DNA of 64,000 bases from Tortispora ganteri (lineage: Eukaryota): assembly GCA_003707115.1 (NCBI GenBank), contig PPNB01000005.1:62001-126000 (forward strand), given 5' to 3'. A program made the translations under genes and the position numbers. Of this stretch, positions 8,129 through 19,700 are shown piece by piece. The notes beneath the pieces were generated by a model. The model was given only the letters and a program-made list of their open reading frames with translations, made no database searches and was not told the DNA's origin. The number at the start of each line of letters is the position of its first letter. The first letter of the stretch is position 1.

Positions 8129-11100
8129 ATGTTCACATCCAAGCTGCTACATGTTTCCACATGCTTGCGCTTATCGAAATCATACTATCGCTCCTTCTCC
8201 GTGTCCAGACCATTCAATGCTATAGAAAAACCCCCAGCGCACAACAAGGAAGCATACATTGGCTCTAAGTATCTTCAACAAGCCCGTGCACATCAGGAAG
8301 CTAACCTTGTAGACGTCTCAAATGTCCTTATCATTGGCTCTGGAGGTCTCAGCATAGGTCAGGCTGGTGAGTTCGATTATTCCGGCTCACAGGCTATAAA
8401 GGCGCTGAAAGAGGCCAACAAAAAGTCCATTCTTATAAATCCTAACATTGCTACAAACCAAACTTCTCATGCACTTGCTGACGAAGTCTATTATCTCCCC
8501 GTTACTGCAGAGTACATCTCGTACGTCATAGAACGTGAACGTCCAGATGGCATCCTGCTCACATTCGGTGGTCAGACTGGTCTTAATGTTGGTATACAGC
8601 TCGATAAAATGGGTATCCTAGATAGATACAACGTGAAGGTCCTTGGAACTCCTATCAGCACCCTGGAAACTTCTGAAGATCGCGATTTGTTCGCTAAAGC
8701 TTTGAAGGAAATAAACATCCCAATTGCTGAATCCGTTGCTGTTGAAACTGTCGAAGATGCTCTTGCTGCTGCGAATGAAGTAGGTTACCCTATTATTGTT
8801 CGTTCTGCTTTCGCGCTCGGCGGTCTTGGCTCGGGCTTTGCCTCGAATCCTGAAGAACTTCGCAATCTAGCCTCGCAATCCCTCAGTCTTTCTCCGCAAA
8901 TCTTAGTAGAGAAGTCATTGAAGGGATGGAAGGAAGTCGAGTATGAAGTTGTTCGTGATCGTGTCGACAACTGTATCACTGTTTGCAACATGGAGAATTT
9001 TGATCCTCTTGGAATTCATACCGGTGACTCTATTGTAGTCGCTCCTTCTCAAACTCTGTCTGATGAAGAATATCACATGCTAAGAACAGCTGCAATTAAA
9101 ATTATTCGACATCTCGGTGTTGTTGGTGAATGCAATGTTCAATACGCTCTTCAACCAGACGGGCTGGACTATCGTGTCATTGAGGTTAACGCGCGTCTCT
9201 CTCGGTCATCTGCATTAGCTTCTAAAGCTACTGGTTATCCTCTTGCTTACACGGCTGCTAAGATTGCTTTGGGCCATACCCTTCCAGAACTACCTAACGC
9301 TGTTACTAAGACTACAACTGCCAATTTTGAACCTTCCTTGGATTACATTGTCACCAAGATTCCCCGCTGGGATTTGGCAAAGTTCCAACACGTCAAGAGG
9401 GATATTGGTTCGTCTATGAAATCGGTAGGTGAGGTTATGGCTATTGGAAGAACATTTGAAGAATCTTTTCAAAAAGCTATTCGCCAAGTTGACCCGTCTT
9501 ACATTGGCTTTCAAGGATTAAAGTTCGATGACTTGGATAATGCGCTTTCTGAGCCTACTGATAGGAGATGGCTTGCAGTGGGTCAAGCTCTTTTTCACGA
9601 GGGATACTCTGTCGACAGGGTGCATGATCTTTCTAAGATTGACAAGTGGTTTTTGTACAAACTAATGAACATCGTTTCTATGCAAAAGGAACTTGAGGGA
9701 CTTGGATCTTTAGAAAAAATCAACCAGGAGATCATGCAGCGTGCTAAACGCCTAGGCTTTTCTGACAAGCAAATTGCTCTAGCTGTGAAATCTACTGAAT
9801 TGGAAGTACGTGGCAAGCGCAAATCATACGGAATTATACCTTTTGTCAAGAAGATCGATACTCTTGCTGCTGAATTTCCCGCCGACACTAACTATCTTTA
9901 CACGACTTACAATGGTTCTTCTAATGATGTTACTTTTGACGACCATGGAGCCATGGTGTTAGGGTCAGGCGTTTATAGAATTGGATCGTCAGTTGAGTTT
10001 GATTGGTGTGCTGTTGCAGCTGCTAGAGCGTTGAGAGACAGCGGTAAGCCTACTGTTATGGTCAATTACAACCCTGAAACTGTATCAACTGATTTCGATG
10101 AGGTCGATCGCTTATACTTTGAAGAACTCAGCTTCGAGCGTGTAATGGATATTTATGAGCTTGAAAGTTGTCAGGGAGTGGTGATTTCTGTCGGAGGCCA
10201 GCTTCCACAGAACATTGCACTTGGACTAAAGAATGCGGGAGCCAATGTCCTTGGAACCGATCCTGTTGATATTGACAAAGCTGAAGACCGTCACAAGTTT
10301 TCATCTATTTTGGACTCTATTGGCGTTGACCAGCCTGCATGGCGAGAACTGAAAACTATAAAAGCTGCTAAAGAGTTTGCCAACGATGTAGGTTATCCTG
10401 TTTTGGTGCGCCCGTCATACGTTCTTTCTGGAGCAGCTATGAGTGTCATTCACAGCGAAGGAGAGCTTGAATCTAAGCTTACTAATGCTGCTTCAGTTTC
10501 TCCTGATCATCCAGTGGTTATCACTAAATTCATAGAGGGAGCAGAAGAGATTGATGTTGATGCTGTTGGATACAATGGAAAGGTACTCGTTCACGCTATT
10601 TCCGAACATGTTGAGAATGCTGGTGTTCATTCGGGCGATGCTACATTGGTTCTGCCGCCCCAGAATTTATCAGATGATATTCTCGATAGACTTAAGGAAA
10701 TTGCCGATAAAGTTGCTGAAGCTTGGAAGATCACTGGTCCTTTCAATATGCAGATTATCCGTGCTGATAATCCCGATGGAACTACTTCTCTGAAGGTCAT
10801 TGAGTGTAACTTAAGAGCCTCAAGATCTTTCCCGTTCGTATCGAAAGTCCTTGGTGTCAACTTTATCGATGTTGCTACTCGTGCACTAATTGGAACCAAT
10901 GTTCCTGAACCAGTTAACTTGATGTCAGCCGAAGAGCGTGCTAAAAGACCCTATGTTGCGACAAAATTGCCGCAATTCTCTTTTACTCGTCTTGCCGGTG
11001 CTGATCCATTTTTAGGCGTGGAAATGTCTTCTACTGGAGAAATTGCTTGTTTTGGTAGAGACCTCACCGAAGCATACTGGACATCTTCACAGGCATTGAT

Positions 11101-11569
11101 GAACTTCAAGCTGCCTATACCTCCCTCTGGTGTACTATTTGGCGGTAATATAGATAATCATACGCTTGGAAATATCGCCAAACTTACAAGTGGACTAGGA
11201 TTCAAGACTTACGCTGCCACTAGCGACGTTGCCGAGTACCTTAAGAAGTACGTGAATGGTCAGGACGTTGAAGTTATCGAGTTTCCTAAGACAGACAAGC
11301 GAGCATTAAGAGAGATATTCCAGAAATATGAAATTTCTGCTGTTTTTAATCTCGCCAAGAAGCGTGCAGAGAGTCTGTTAGACGAAGACTACGTTATGCG
11401 TCGTAACGCTATTGATTTTGGTATTCCTTTGTTTAACGAGCCTCGCACAGCCACCTTATTTGCCGAATGTCTCAATGAAAAGCTTCCAGAGAAGATGAGG
11501 AACTCTGGAAAGGAAGTACCTGCAGAAGTACGCCGATGGTCTGAGTGGATCGGTGGAAAGCCCGTGTAG
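8129..11569 (+). CDS. CPA2: Arginine-specific carbamoyl-phosphate synthase large subunit with mitochondrial-type presequence
   Basis: IGSGGLSIGQAGEFDYSGSQA, IEVNARLSRSSALASKATGYPLA, LGSGVYRIGSSVEFDW, two ATP-grasp halves and an MGS-like C-terminus. No fused GATase or ATCase. Confidence 0.97.
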   Translation: MFTSKLLHVSTCLRLSKSYYRSFSVSRPFNAIEKPPAHNKEAYIGSKYLQQARAHQEANLVDVSNVLIIGSGGLSIGQAGEFDYSGSQAIKALKEANKKSILINPNIATNQTSHALADEVYYLPVTAEYISYVIERERPDGILLTFGGQTGLNVGIQLDKMGILDRYNVKVLGTPISTLETSEDRDLFAKALKEINIPIAESVAVETVEDALAAANEVGYPIIVRSAFALGGLGSGFASNPEELRNLASQSLSLSPQILVEKSLKGWKEVEYEVVRDRVDNCITVCNMENFDPLGIHTGDSIVVAPSQTLSDEEYHMLRTAAIKIIRHLGVVGECNVQYALQPDGLDYRVIEVNARLSRSSALASKATGYPLAYTAAKIALGHTLPELPNAVTKTTTANFEPSLDYIVTKIPRWDLAKFQHVKRDIGSSMKSVGEVMAIGRTFEESFQKAIRQVDPSYIGFQGLKFDDLDNALSEPTDRRWLAVGQALFHEGYSVDRVHDLSKIDKWFLYKLMNIVSMQKELEGLGSLEKINQEIMQRAKRLGFSDKQIALAVKSTELEVRGKRKSYGIIPFVKKIDTLAAEFPADTNYLYTTYNGSSNDVTFDDHGAMVLGSGVYRIGSSVEFDWCAVAAARALRDSGKPTVMVNYNPETVSTDFDEVDRLYFEELSFERVMDIYELESCQGVVISVGGQLPQNIALGLKNAGANVLGTDPVDIDKAEDRHKFSSILDSIGVDQPAWRELKTIKAAKEFANDVGYPVLVRPSYVLSGAAMSVIHSEGELESKLTNAASVSPDHPVVITKFIEGAEEIDVDAVGYNGKVLVHAISEHVENAGVHSGDATLVLPPQNLSDDILDRLKEIADKVAEAWKITGPFNMQIIRADNPDGTTSLKVIECNLRASRSFPFVSKVLGVNFIDVATRALIGTNVPEPVNLMSAEERAKRPYVATKLPQFSFTRLAGADPFLGVEMSSTGEIACFGRDLTEAYWTSSQALMNFKLPIPPSGVLFGGNIDNHTLGNIAKLTSGLGFKTYAATSDVAEYLKKYVNGQDVEVIEFPKTDKRALREIFQKYEISAVFNLAKKRAESLLDEDYVMRRNAIDFGIPLFNEPRTATLFAECLNEKLPEKMRNSGKEVPAEVRRWSEWIGGKPV

Positions 11570-11725
11570 ATATGTGAAAGCGAAAATTAAGAAAGGAGAA
11601 GAAAAAGATGCGAAAAAAGGAAAGAATTATTTATTTCTGTTATATAGTATGCGATACTAATTCATGATTATATATATAGCCTGTTGATCTAAAAGAAACG
11701 AACGATCGTGCAATAGCGGTTATTC

Positions 11726-12127
11726 TCATTGGACGTTCTCTATCAGACGTCTAAGAGGCTGGCACCAAGAAGAGGCGACCGAATCGTGCAGCATTAGATC
11801 TACTACTTTTTTTACGCTGGCCTGTCTATCGGAATCTAGAGTATCGAGCGCAGAGGACACGTGTTCGAGTTGGTGCTGAGACATGGTGCCAATAGCGCTC
11901 TTTATGCGCTGCGCGTGATGGGTATGTTGATTTTGAGGCAGTTTTGAGGGTAGGTTCAAGAGCCGATCCAGAGAAGAGTTCACTTTGGCCAAGAGATCGG
12001 AAGATACGCTGTTTACAGCAGCATTTGAGGTGGTTGGCGTAGCAGATGGAGTGTCTAGATTTCTTGCATGTGATACGCCAGGAATGAACCCATGAGGAAG
12101 ATCGTTCCAACCATGTTCTTGCGACAT
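11726..12127 (-). CDS. Small SRA1/Sec31 C-terminal-domain-like protein
   Basis: 133 aa. N-terminal GWNDLP motif and C-terminal helical domain ending SWCQPLRRLI, which matches the SRA1/Sec31-C pattern (W..xxRLI). Confidence 0.7.
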   Translation of the reverse strand: MSQEHGWNDLPHGFIPGVSHARNLDTPSATPTTSNAAVNSVSSDLLAKVNSSLDRLLNLPSKLPQNQHTHHAQRIKSAIGTMSQHQLEHVSSALDTLDSDRQASVKKVVDLMLHDSVASSWCQPLRRLIENVQ

Positions 12128-12219
12128 TGTGATAAAAAGGGGGTTTTAATTGTTCCGCAGGCGGGTCGCCGGCGTGAATAATCGCTGGAAGGTACACCGA
12201 AGGAAGTGGTGAACAAAGA

Positions 12220-12230
12220 GGGGGGGGGGG
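12220..12230. repeat. G11 homopolymer upstream of the SRA1-like gene
   Basis: Direct observation. Confidence 0.9.
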
Positions 12231-12472
12231 TTTATAGTTGCAAAAAGGTCCAATGGGAGGAATCATCCACAAGGCTTAGAGGACTAATGGAACAAAAATC
12301 GTTGAAGTACATATATAATAAAATGATAATACAATAGGTAAGACGATCAAAGTGAAAATACGCATATGCCAATAAATATCTGGAAGAAGGTCAAGTTGTT
12401 TCACAAAGAAAGTACAGCTTTAAAGGTGACTGTCATCACAATGCTGTTTGAATTGGTGTAATAGCAAGCATT

Positions 12473-13564
12473 TTAAACCGCAGTATTAGCGGGTAAAGAA
12501 TCAGTTTGCACAGGACTTTCAGACGGAACAACAGGCTCTTCAGACTCACTAGACACAGCTGGTACAGTAGTGGAAGGTATAGACGGCACATCTGTTTTTT
12601 CGGAGTTAGTACCATTAGACTGGTCATCAAATTGAGCAGACCAGGTTTCGAGCAAATTGCGGGCACGTTTCTTAAATTCAAATGAATCGTCCATAGGAAT
12701 CGATTCAAGTTTAAGAATGCCTTTCAGTACTCTGTTGACTTTAGTCTGTTTTATGATAGGTAGTTCCAGACCTTGAAAGTGTTCAAGTTTGCTTAGAAAT
12801 TCAGAGATTACCGGCATTTCTGCGGCATCAGGAGTTTTGTCTTTTGTTAAAAATGCTTTCTGCAGTTTATGTCGCAAAAAAAGAACATGTGTATACCGTT
12901 CTTCGTACGGACGCAATGTGGGGGCCTTCTTTTGTTTCTTCACAGGGGTGGATTCTCGGGTACTTGACGATGATTTTTTTATAGCACGCTTCCCAGGGGG
13001 ACGCCCAACTTTTCTTTTCGGTTCTGGCTGCTTAGTTTCATCATCAGAGTCCTTTGCGTTCACGTCAGCATCAGCCTCGGCGTGATAATTATCATCGTCT
13101 TCTTCGTCTTCGTTTTCGTCTTCTTCTGCAGGTGCTGCTACTTCGACGGAACCAAAGGATAGGAGGTCCGGTGGGTTCATTGCCTGCTCATAAGCAGCAA
13201 TAAGTCCTTTATCTTTTCTTCTCGTGGAAAGAAACTTTTTACACTGCTCTGGCGTCAGAAGTTGAAGTTCTAACTCGGTCCCCCACATGTACGAGAGCTC
13301 GACGAAGAAACGGACGGGCCACACGTCGGAGAACTCTGGTCTCTTTTTCAAGGGCTTTTGGCCCATCACATCGGGCGGCACTTGATCTTCTGCCACTACC
13401 ATTGCAGGCCACGCAGGATAACCTTTTACCTTTCCGAGGACGACATCACCGGGTTTGAATTTGCTTTCTGTGATGTTTTCGAGCTTAGCGGTCGCTGCGG
13501 GAGAAGCTACGGGCGATTGCTCGGGCGAGATCGCGGGCGGTGACAGTGCGGGCGAGTCGGTCAT
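12473..13564 (-). CDS. PWWP-domain chromatin protein (Pdp3-like)
   Basis: PGDVVLGKVKGYPAWPAMV...WPVRFF...YMW, acidic linker, AT-hook-like KRKVGRPP, C-terminal helical domain LRHKLQKAFL...TKVNRVLKGI. ATG at 13564. Confidence 0.85.
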   Translation of the reverse strand: MTDSPALSPPAISPEQSPVASPAATAKLENITESKFKPGDVVLGKVKGYPAWPAMVVAEDQVPPDVMGQKPLKKRPEFSDVWPVRFFVELSYMWGTELELQLLTPEQCKKFLSTRRKDKGLIAAYEQAMNPPDLLSFGSVEVAAPAEEDENEDEEDDDNYHAEADADVNAKDSDDETKQPEPKRKVGRPPGKRAIKKSSSSTRESTPVKKQKKAPTLRPYEERYTHVLFLRHKLQKAFLTKDKTPDAAEMPVISEFLSKLEHFQGLELPIIKQTKVNRVLKGILKLESIPMDDSFEFKKRARNLLETWSAQFDDQSNGTNSEKTDVPSIPSTTVPAVSSESEEPVVPSESPVQTDSLPANTAV

Positions 13565-13770
13565 AGTTGTATCTAACAGACAACAACAAATAAGGCAAGG
13601 AAAGAAAAAGTGCAAAAACGTACGCAAAAATATAGAAACGAAAGGAGCAAAGAAAAGGGGGCGGACCAGGACGATGTAAACGCTAAAGGAAAGTGTAAAA
13701 GTAGTGTAGCGTGCGGCTCAACTTGTATACTACTCACCAAACCACCGTTAGTATCATTATATCGACTCAA

Positions 13771-16700
13771 ATGGCGGAGAAGGATTTTTCTGACTATCGC
13801 TATGAGGCGATGTCTAATAAGGTGATCAAGGTCGATAAGCGGCTTATGGATGATCCTGCAGCACGCGGCGACCAGACGTCTACTGAGCCTGAAACGCTTC
13901 TTGGCCGTATAGGTCTCGCTGATATGGGCGCTCGAGTCACTAGAGACAAACCGCCCACTGACAAGCAATCACTGATCGTCCCTAAAATTGGGGCTCATTA
14001 TATAGATAAGTCTCTAGATGCATTACTGAAAGAATACGCACAATACAGACCACTCTCTGCGAAATCGCGAGACCTTTTCGCCTCTCTTATGGTCTGGGTG
14101 AGAAACTTTCTCGGTGACGTCTCTGAACCAACTCTCGTTTCGGCAGCAGACGCAATACTGGCTATTGCAAAGAATATAAACTATAACGATTCTAAAAGGA
14201 GATCAGAAATTTGTGCTGTACTCGGTTCAGACCCATCCGACGATGAATTCAGTGCCCTGTACGCACTCACTGATCTCATACGCGATTACGACCCTTCGGT
14301 GCCCGTGCAACACAGTGTCGACACGGAAACTGACCTTGGCATTGCTTTGGTATTTGAAGAAGAAAATCAGAATGATGACGAAACTGTAGTTGGAGAAAGG
14401 TCCGATGCAGAATCCACAGAAGTTCTTGCTGCAATAGAACCCGATATAGTTCGCGAACAAGATCAAAAGTTTTCAAAACCAGAAAATTTACTTCCCGAAC
14501 AAGAAGAAAATATAATACTTGATTCTAATACTGATCAGCTATACATACCCCCTCAGTCGATAGATGCATTTTGGATCCACAAGCAGTTACGCCTACATTT
14601 TACCGATGCACAACTTGTACAAGATAAAGCCGAAGCCATTCTTGACCTTTTATCAAGAAAAATGTCTCCTAACAGATTGCAAGTTGAGCTTTTAAAAATA
14701 TTTGACCGCAAAGATTCTGCTGCCATAGTTGTCAAACAAATTCTCACTAATAGGTGGACTATCTTATATCGTATCAAGCTAGCACGAGCAGCAAATGAAG
14801 ATGAAGTTAAAGCCATAAAACAGGAAGTTATTGACGCTGGTCACGGAAATATATTGTTAGATGTGTCTGACTCAAAAGAAGATATCCAAATGACTGATAT
14901 ATCTACCCAAGGTCCTGATGCTAATCCGACGAAACTAAAACCACAGTATATTGACCTGAGCAGTCTTGTATTTGAACAAGGAGGTCACCTTATAACAAAT
15001 AGGAACGTCAAACTACCAAAAGGCTCTTTCAGAGTTCAAAAGAAGAAGTACGAAGAAGTTCATGTCCCCGCTCCTCAGCCACGCGAAGTGTCAGATTCTC
15101 TTGTACCGATATCTGATTTACCTCAATGGTCTCAAGCTTCATTCTCTTCTGCATCAATTACACATCTCAATTATATCCAATCACAGGTTCTCCCTGTTGC
15201 TCTTGGGACTGACGAAAATCTACTCATGTGCGCTCCTACAGGTGCAGGCAAGACCAACGTCGCCCTTTTAGCCATGCTCCGGACTATCCAGCATTACAGA
15301 AGTAGTACGACCGGCGAGATTAATCGCGATGCTTTCAAGATTGTATATATTGCACCACTTAAAGCTCTTGTACAAGAGCAAGTGCGTACGTTTTCCGCTC
15401 GCCTTGCTCCATTCGGGCTGATATGCGCAGAGCTGACCGGAGATCAGCAGCTTACACGCGACCAGATTGCGGAAACTAATGTCATATTTACTACCCCAGA
15501 AAAATGGGATATTGTTACAAGGAAGGCTAATGAAACTAGCTATGTCAAGCTTGTGCGTCTTCTCATTATTGATGAGATTCATCTTCTGCACGATGAACGT
15601 GGACCTGTTTTAGAAAGCATTGTTGCTCGTGCGCTAATGACATCCGATTTAACAGGAAATGAAACGCGAATGGTCGGCTTATCTGCAACTCTTCCCAACT
15701 ATTCTGACGTGTCTACTTTTCTGCGCGTTGATCCTGCCGTGGGTTTGTTCTACTTTGACGCTTCTTATCGTCCATGCCCTTTGTCGCAACAGGTGATAGG
15801 TATCACAGAAAAAAAACCGGTCAAAGTGTACCAGGCGATGAACGATGCTACATTTGTCAAAGTCACAGAGAACGCCGGCAAGCACCAGATGATCATATTT
15901 ACACACTCGAGGAAAGACACAGTGAAAACAGCGAAATTTATCCGCGACAAAGCGATTGAAGAAGAGATAATTTCAAATATTTTGAGATCAGATAACAGTT
16001 CTCAGAGGATACTGAAAGAGAAGTCTGAACAGATCACTAATGCAGCACTAAAAGAACTTATCAGATACGGATTCGGAACCCATCATGCTGGAATGAATGT
16101 TCAAGATAGGGCTATAGTTGAAGAACTTTTTGCTGCAGGGTATGTGCAAGTATTGGTTAGTACGGCGACACTAGCCTGGGGTGTGAACCTACCGGCACAT
16201 ACTGTAATTATCAAAGGAACACAAATATATTCACCTGGAAGAGGTCAATGGGTTGAATTAAGCCCACAAGATGTAATTCAGATGATGGGACGAGCTGGAA
16301 GACCCGGGTTTGATACTTCTGGGGAAGGCATAATCATCACTACGCACAACGAACTACAATATTATCTTTCGCTATTGAATCAGCAACTTCCAATTGAGAG
16401 TCAGTTTATATCTAAACTAGTGGACGCACTGAATGCGGAAGTCAGCCTTGGATACGTAAGAAACCTTGCGGACGCGGTTGAGTGGCTTGGTTACACTTAC
16501 TTGTTTGTTAGGATGGTCCGATCTAGGAAGGTGTACCATGTAGGTCCATCCTATGATGACGATACGCTTCTGGAACGTTACAGGCTAGACCTAGTTCACT
16601 CAGCAGCTACTATCTTGCACAAAGATGGTCTACTGCGATATAACTCGCAGACTGGAAATATGCAACCAACTGAACTGGGAAGGATAGCTGCAAATTATTA

Positions 16701-19700
16701 TGTGACTTCTGATACAATGAAAGAGTTTAATACGGAATTATCACCGGTACAGTCGCATATCGAATTGATTAAAGTATTCTCGAAGGCCGAAGAGTTCAAG
16801 TTTATTCCTGTGAGGCCCGAAGAGCAGGTGGAAATACGAAAGCTTATGGACAGAGTCCCGTTTCCAGTAAGTGGTGACTCTTCCGACCTCTCTACAAAGA
16901 TTAGTATTTTGTTGCAAGCCTATATTTCTCGTCTGTCGATCGAGGGATTTGCATTGTTATCTGACATGATATACGTTACACAATCTGCTGCGCGACTCTT
17001 CCGAGCTATGTTCGAAGTGTGCGTCCGTAAGGCTTGGGGATCTCTCTCACGCAGCTGTTTAGATATTTGCAAAATGGTCGAGAAACGGCTTTGGCATGTT
17101 TATTCACCAATACGACAGTACCCAGGCGTGCCAATGGATGTAATTAGGCGAATGGAAGCATTGCCAGTTCCATGGCACCGGTATTTTGAACTTGAGAGCG
17201 CTGTTGAAGTCGGAGAGGCACTCAACCTTGATAAGTACGCCACAAAAGTCTTTGAATTGCTGAAATGCTTTCCTAGAGTTGAGATACAAGTGCAAGTGCA
17301 ACCAATTACACCTACATCTCTTAAGTTTGAAGTATTGATTACGCCGAACTTTACTTGGAACGAAGGATTTCATGGCAAAGTCGAAGCATTTCACTTATTT
17401 GTGGAAGATTCGTCAGCTGAAGAGCTCTTATACTCTGATATGTTGTTTGTATATGAGGAATTTGTGGGGAAAGAACATATAATGGAATTCATTGTTCCTA
17501 TTGCTACGCCTGTTCCCCCCAACTATTTTGTCTCATTGGTTTCTGACAGATGGATAGGTAGTCAGACTCGCATACCCGTGTCATTTAAGAACTTAACATT
17601 ACCGCGGAAATTTATCGCGCCAACGCCGCCTATTGGAACGAATCTAGTAAGCATTGAAGAACTTGAAGATGACTCAGCGATTGCGTTCTGCAAAGCACGG
17701 AATATAAAGCAGCTAAACAGTATTCAAAGCGAAGTATTCAATACAGTATACAGAACAAATAGGAGCTGTTTTATTGGCATGCCTTCAGGCAGCGATGACG
17801 GATTGGTCGCGGAGTTGGCTATTATGAAGCACCTGAAAGATGCGCGGGGATCAAAGATTGTCTACATGAATCCAGTGGCGGATGTTTTAAAGCGATTGCT
17901 ACTTGTATGGAAAGTTAGATTTCCTGTTATTGATGCTAATGTCAAAATAAGCAAGCTATCTGGCGATCTGACTATTGATCAAGATATAATTGCCAACTCA
18001 TCACTTATATTGACTACTCCTCAGCAATGGGCAGCCGTTTCATGCAGATGGCAGCGAAACAAGGACATCCACAATATCAAGCTGTTTATTGCTGATCGAT
18101 TACAAAGCTTGAATGAACAAGGAGGCAGCTTGTATGAATGTATGGTATCTCGGATGCAACTTGTTGCTCAATCAGTGGCCAATGGCATGCGCATAATTGG
18201 CCTGGGATACTCTATTGCAACAGGAGGAAGCATAAAGAGCTGGATGGAACTAGAGGATGATGAATTCTACAATTTTGCCCCATCAGATAGAGTGCAACCT
18301 CTAGCAATAAACTTGAGATCGTTTACAGCTCAGCATCATGATTCATTAATGCTGAACATGGCATTACCAGTGTACCTAACATTGGCTGCTAAAGGTGATG
18401 CGAAGGTTGACACACAGAGCATTCTATTTGTGGACAGTCGCTTACAAGCATTTGACACTGCTCACGATTTACAAAGATACGACAGTGGAAATGACAAAAC
18501 GGGGTCTATATTTAGCCCTCTATTAGCGGATGCCGATATTCAACTCGCAGAGAAAATTGATTCTATTGCTGTAAAAAATCTAGCACTCAAAGGTATTGGA
18601 ATAGTGTATGGATCCATGTCTGCTTCAGACCGTGGAGTTGTCGAAAAGCTCTATAACACGGGCATGCTACAGGTTTTGCTGTGTTCTAGAGATGCCAGAA
18701 ATGTACTGAAAGTGAAAGCAGGATTTGTCATAATAATGGGTATTGATTATTATGAAGGTTCTGAACATAGATACAAGTCTTATTCGGTTTCGGAGTTAAT
18801 GGATTACCTTGCGGCTGCATATCGGCTTGATGGTACAACTGCTAAAGCACTGGTGATGTGTCGCAATGTACAGCTTCCATTTCTGAAAAAGTTTTTATCA
18901 GAAGCTATACCCGTCGAAAGCTCATTAAACCTGGTTTTGAGTGATTATATAATGCCAGAGATTTGCAATCGTATAGTGAAATCAAAACAGGATGCTATTG
19001 ATTGGATTACGCATACTTTCTTCTACCGCAGACTGTTAGAAAACCCTAGCTATTACGGACTACTGGATGTTACTCAAGATGGTCTTTCGACTTACCTCTC
19101 AGAACTTGTCGAAGGTGCACTTGATGAACTCAAAGAAATGAATATAGTTGACATCGACGAATCCGAAGACGTTGTTACACCTCTTGAAGGCGCTTTGATT
19201 TCTGGACATTATGGAATATCTCCCTACACTATCAATACGTTTCAGAATAACCTTGGAGGTAAATTGAAGCTTCGAAAATTGATTGAAACAATTTGTCTTG
19301 CTGTCGAATTCGACGCTTTATCACTTCGGCAAAACGAGGATACCATTTTAAAGAGGCTAGTTACTATTACACCTATGAAGAGCTCCAATATAGAGTGGGG
19401 TACGGTTAATTTCAAAGCATTTATATTGATTCAAGCGCACATTTCTCGAATTGGACTGCCACAAGACTTAGCGAACGATCAAAGACTGTGTATCAGTGAA
19501 AGTTTGAAGCTACTCTATGCTGCGATTGACGTATTGTCAAGCGCTGGATACCTAGCAGCTCTTAGAGCTATTGATCTGATACAGATGATTGTCCAAGCTG
19601 TTTGGTCTACAGAAAGTCCTCTTGAGCAAATCCCTCATTTTACGAGTGATATTATTGCAAGATGTCATGATAAATCCGTTAACACTGTTTACGATATCAT

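Noticed and set aside
11826..12272. 148-aa ORF overlapping the SRA1-like gene
   Set aside because: Non-ATG start, the Pro run derives from the C homopolymer, and there is no motif. The other frame carries the conserved motifs.
13574..13737. GTGAGT and GTACGT donors with a TTAG acceptor upstream of the PWWP gene
   Set aside because: No credible branch point between them. The pyrimidine-rich leader is typical of these promoters.
17760..18300. Degenerate Walker motifs in the second Brr2 cassette
   Set aside because: Expected, because the C-terminal cassette of Brr2 is catalytically inactive.
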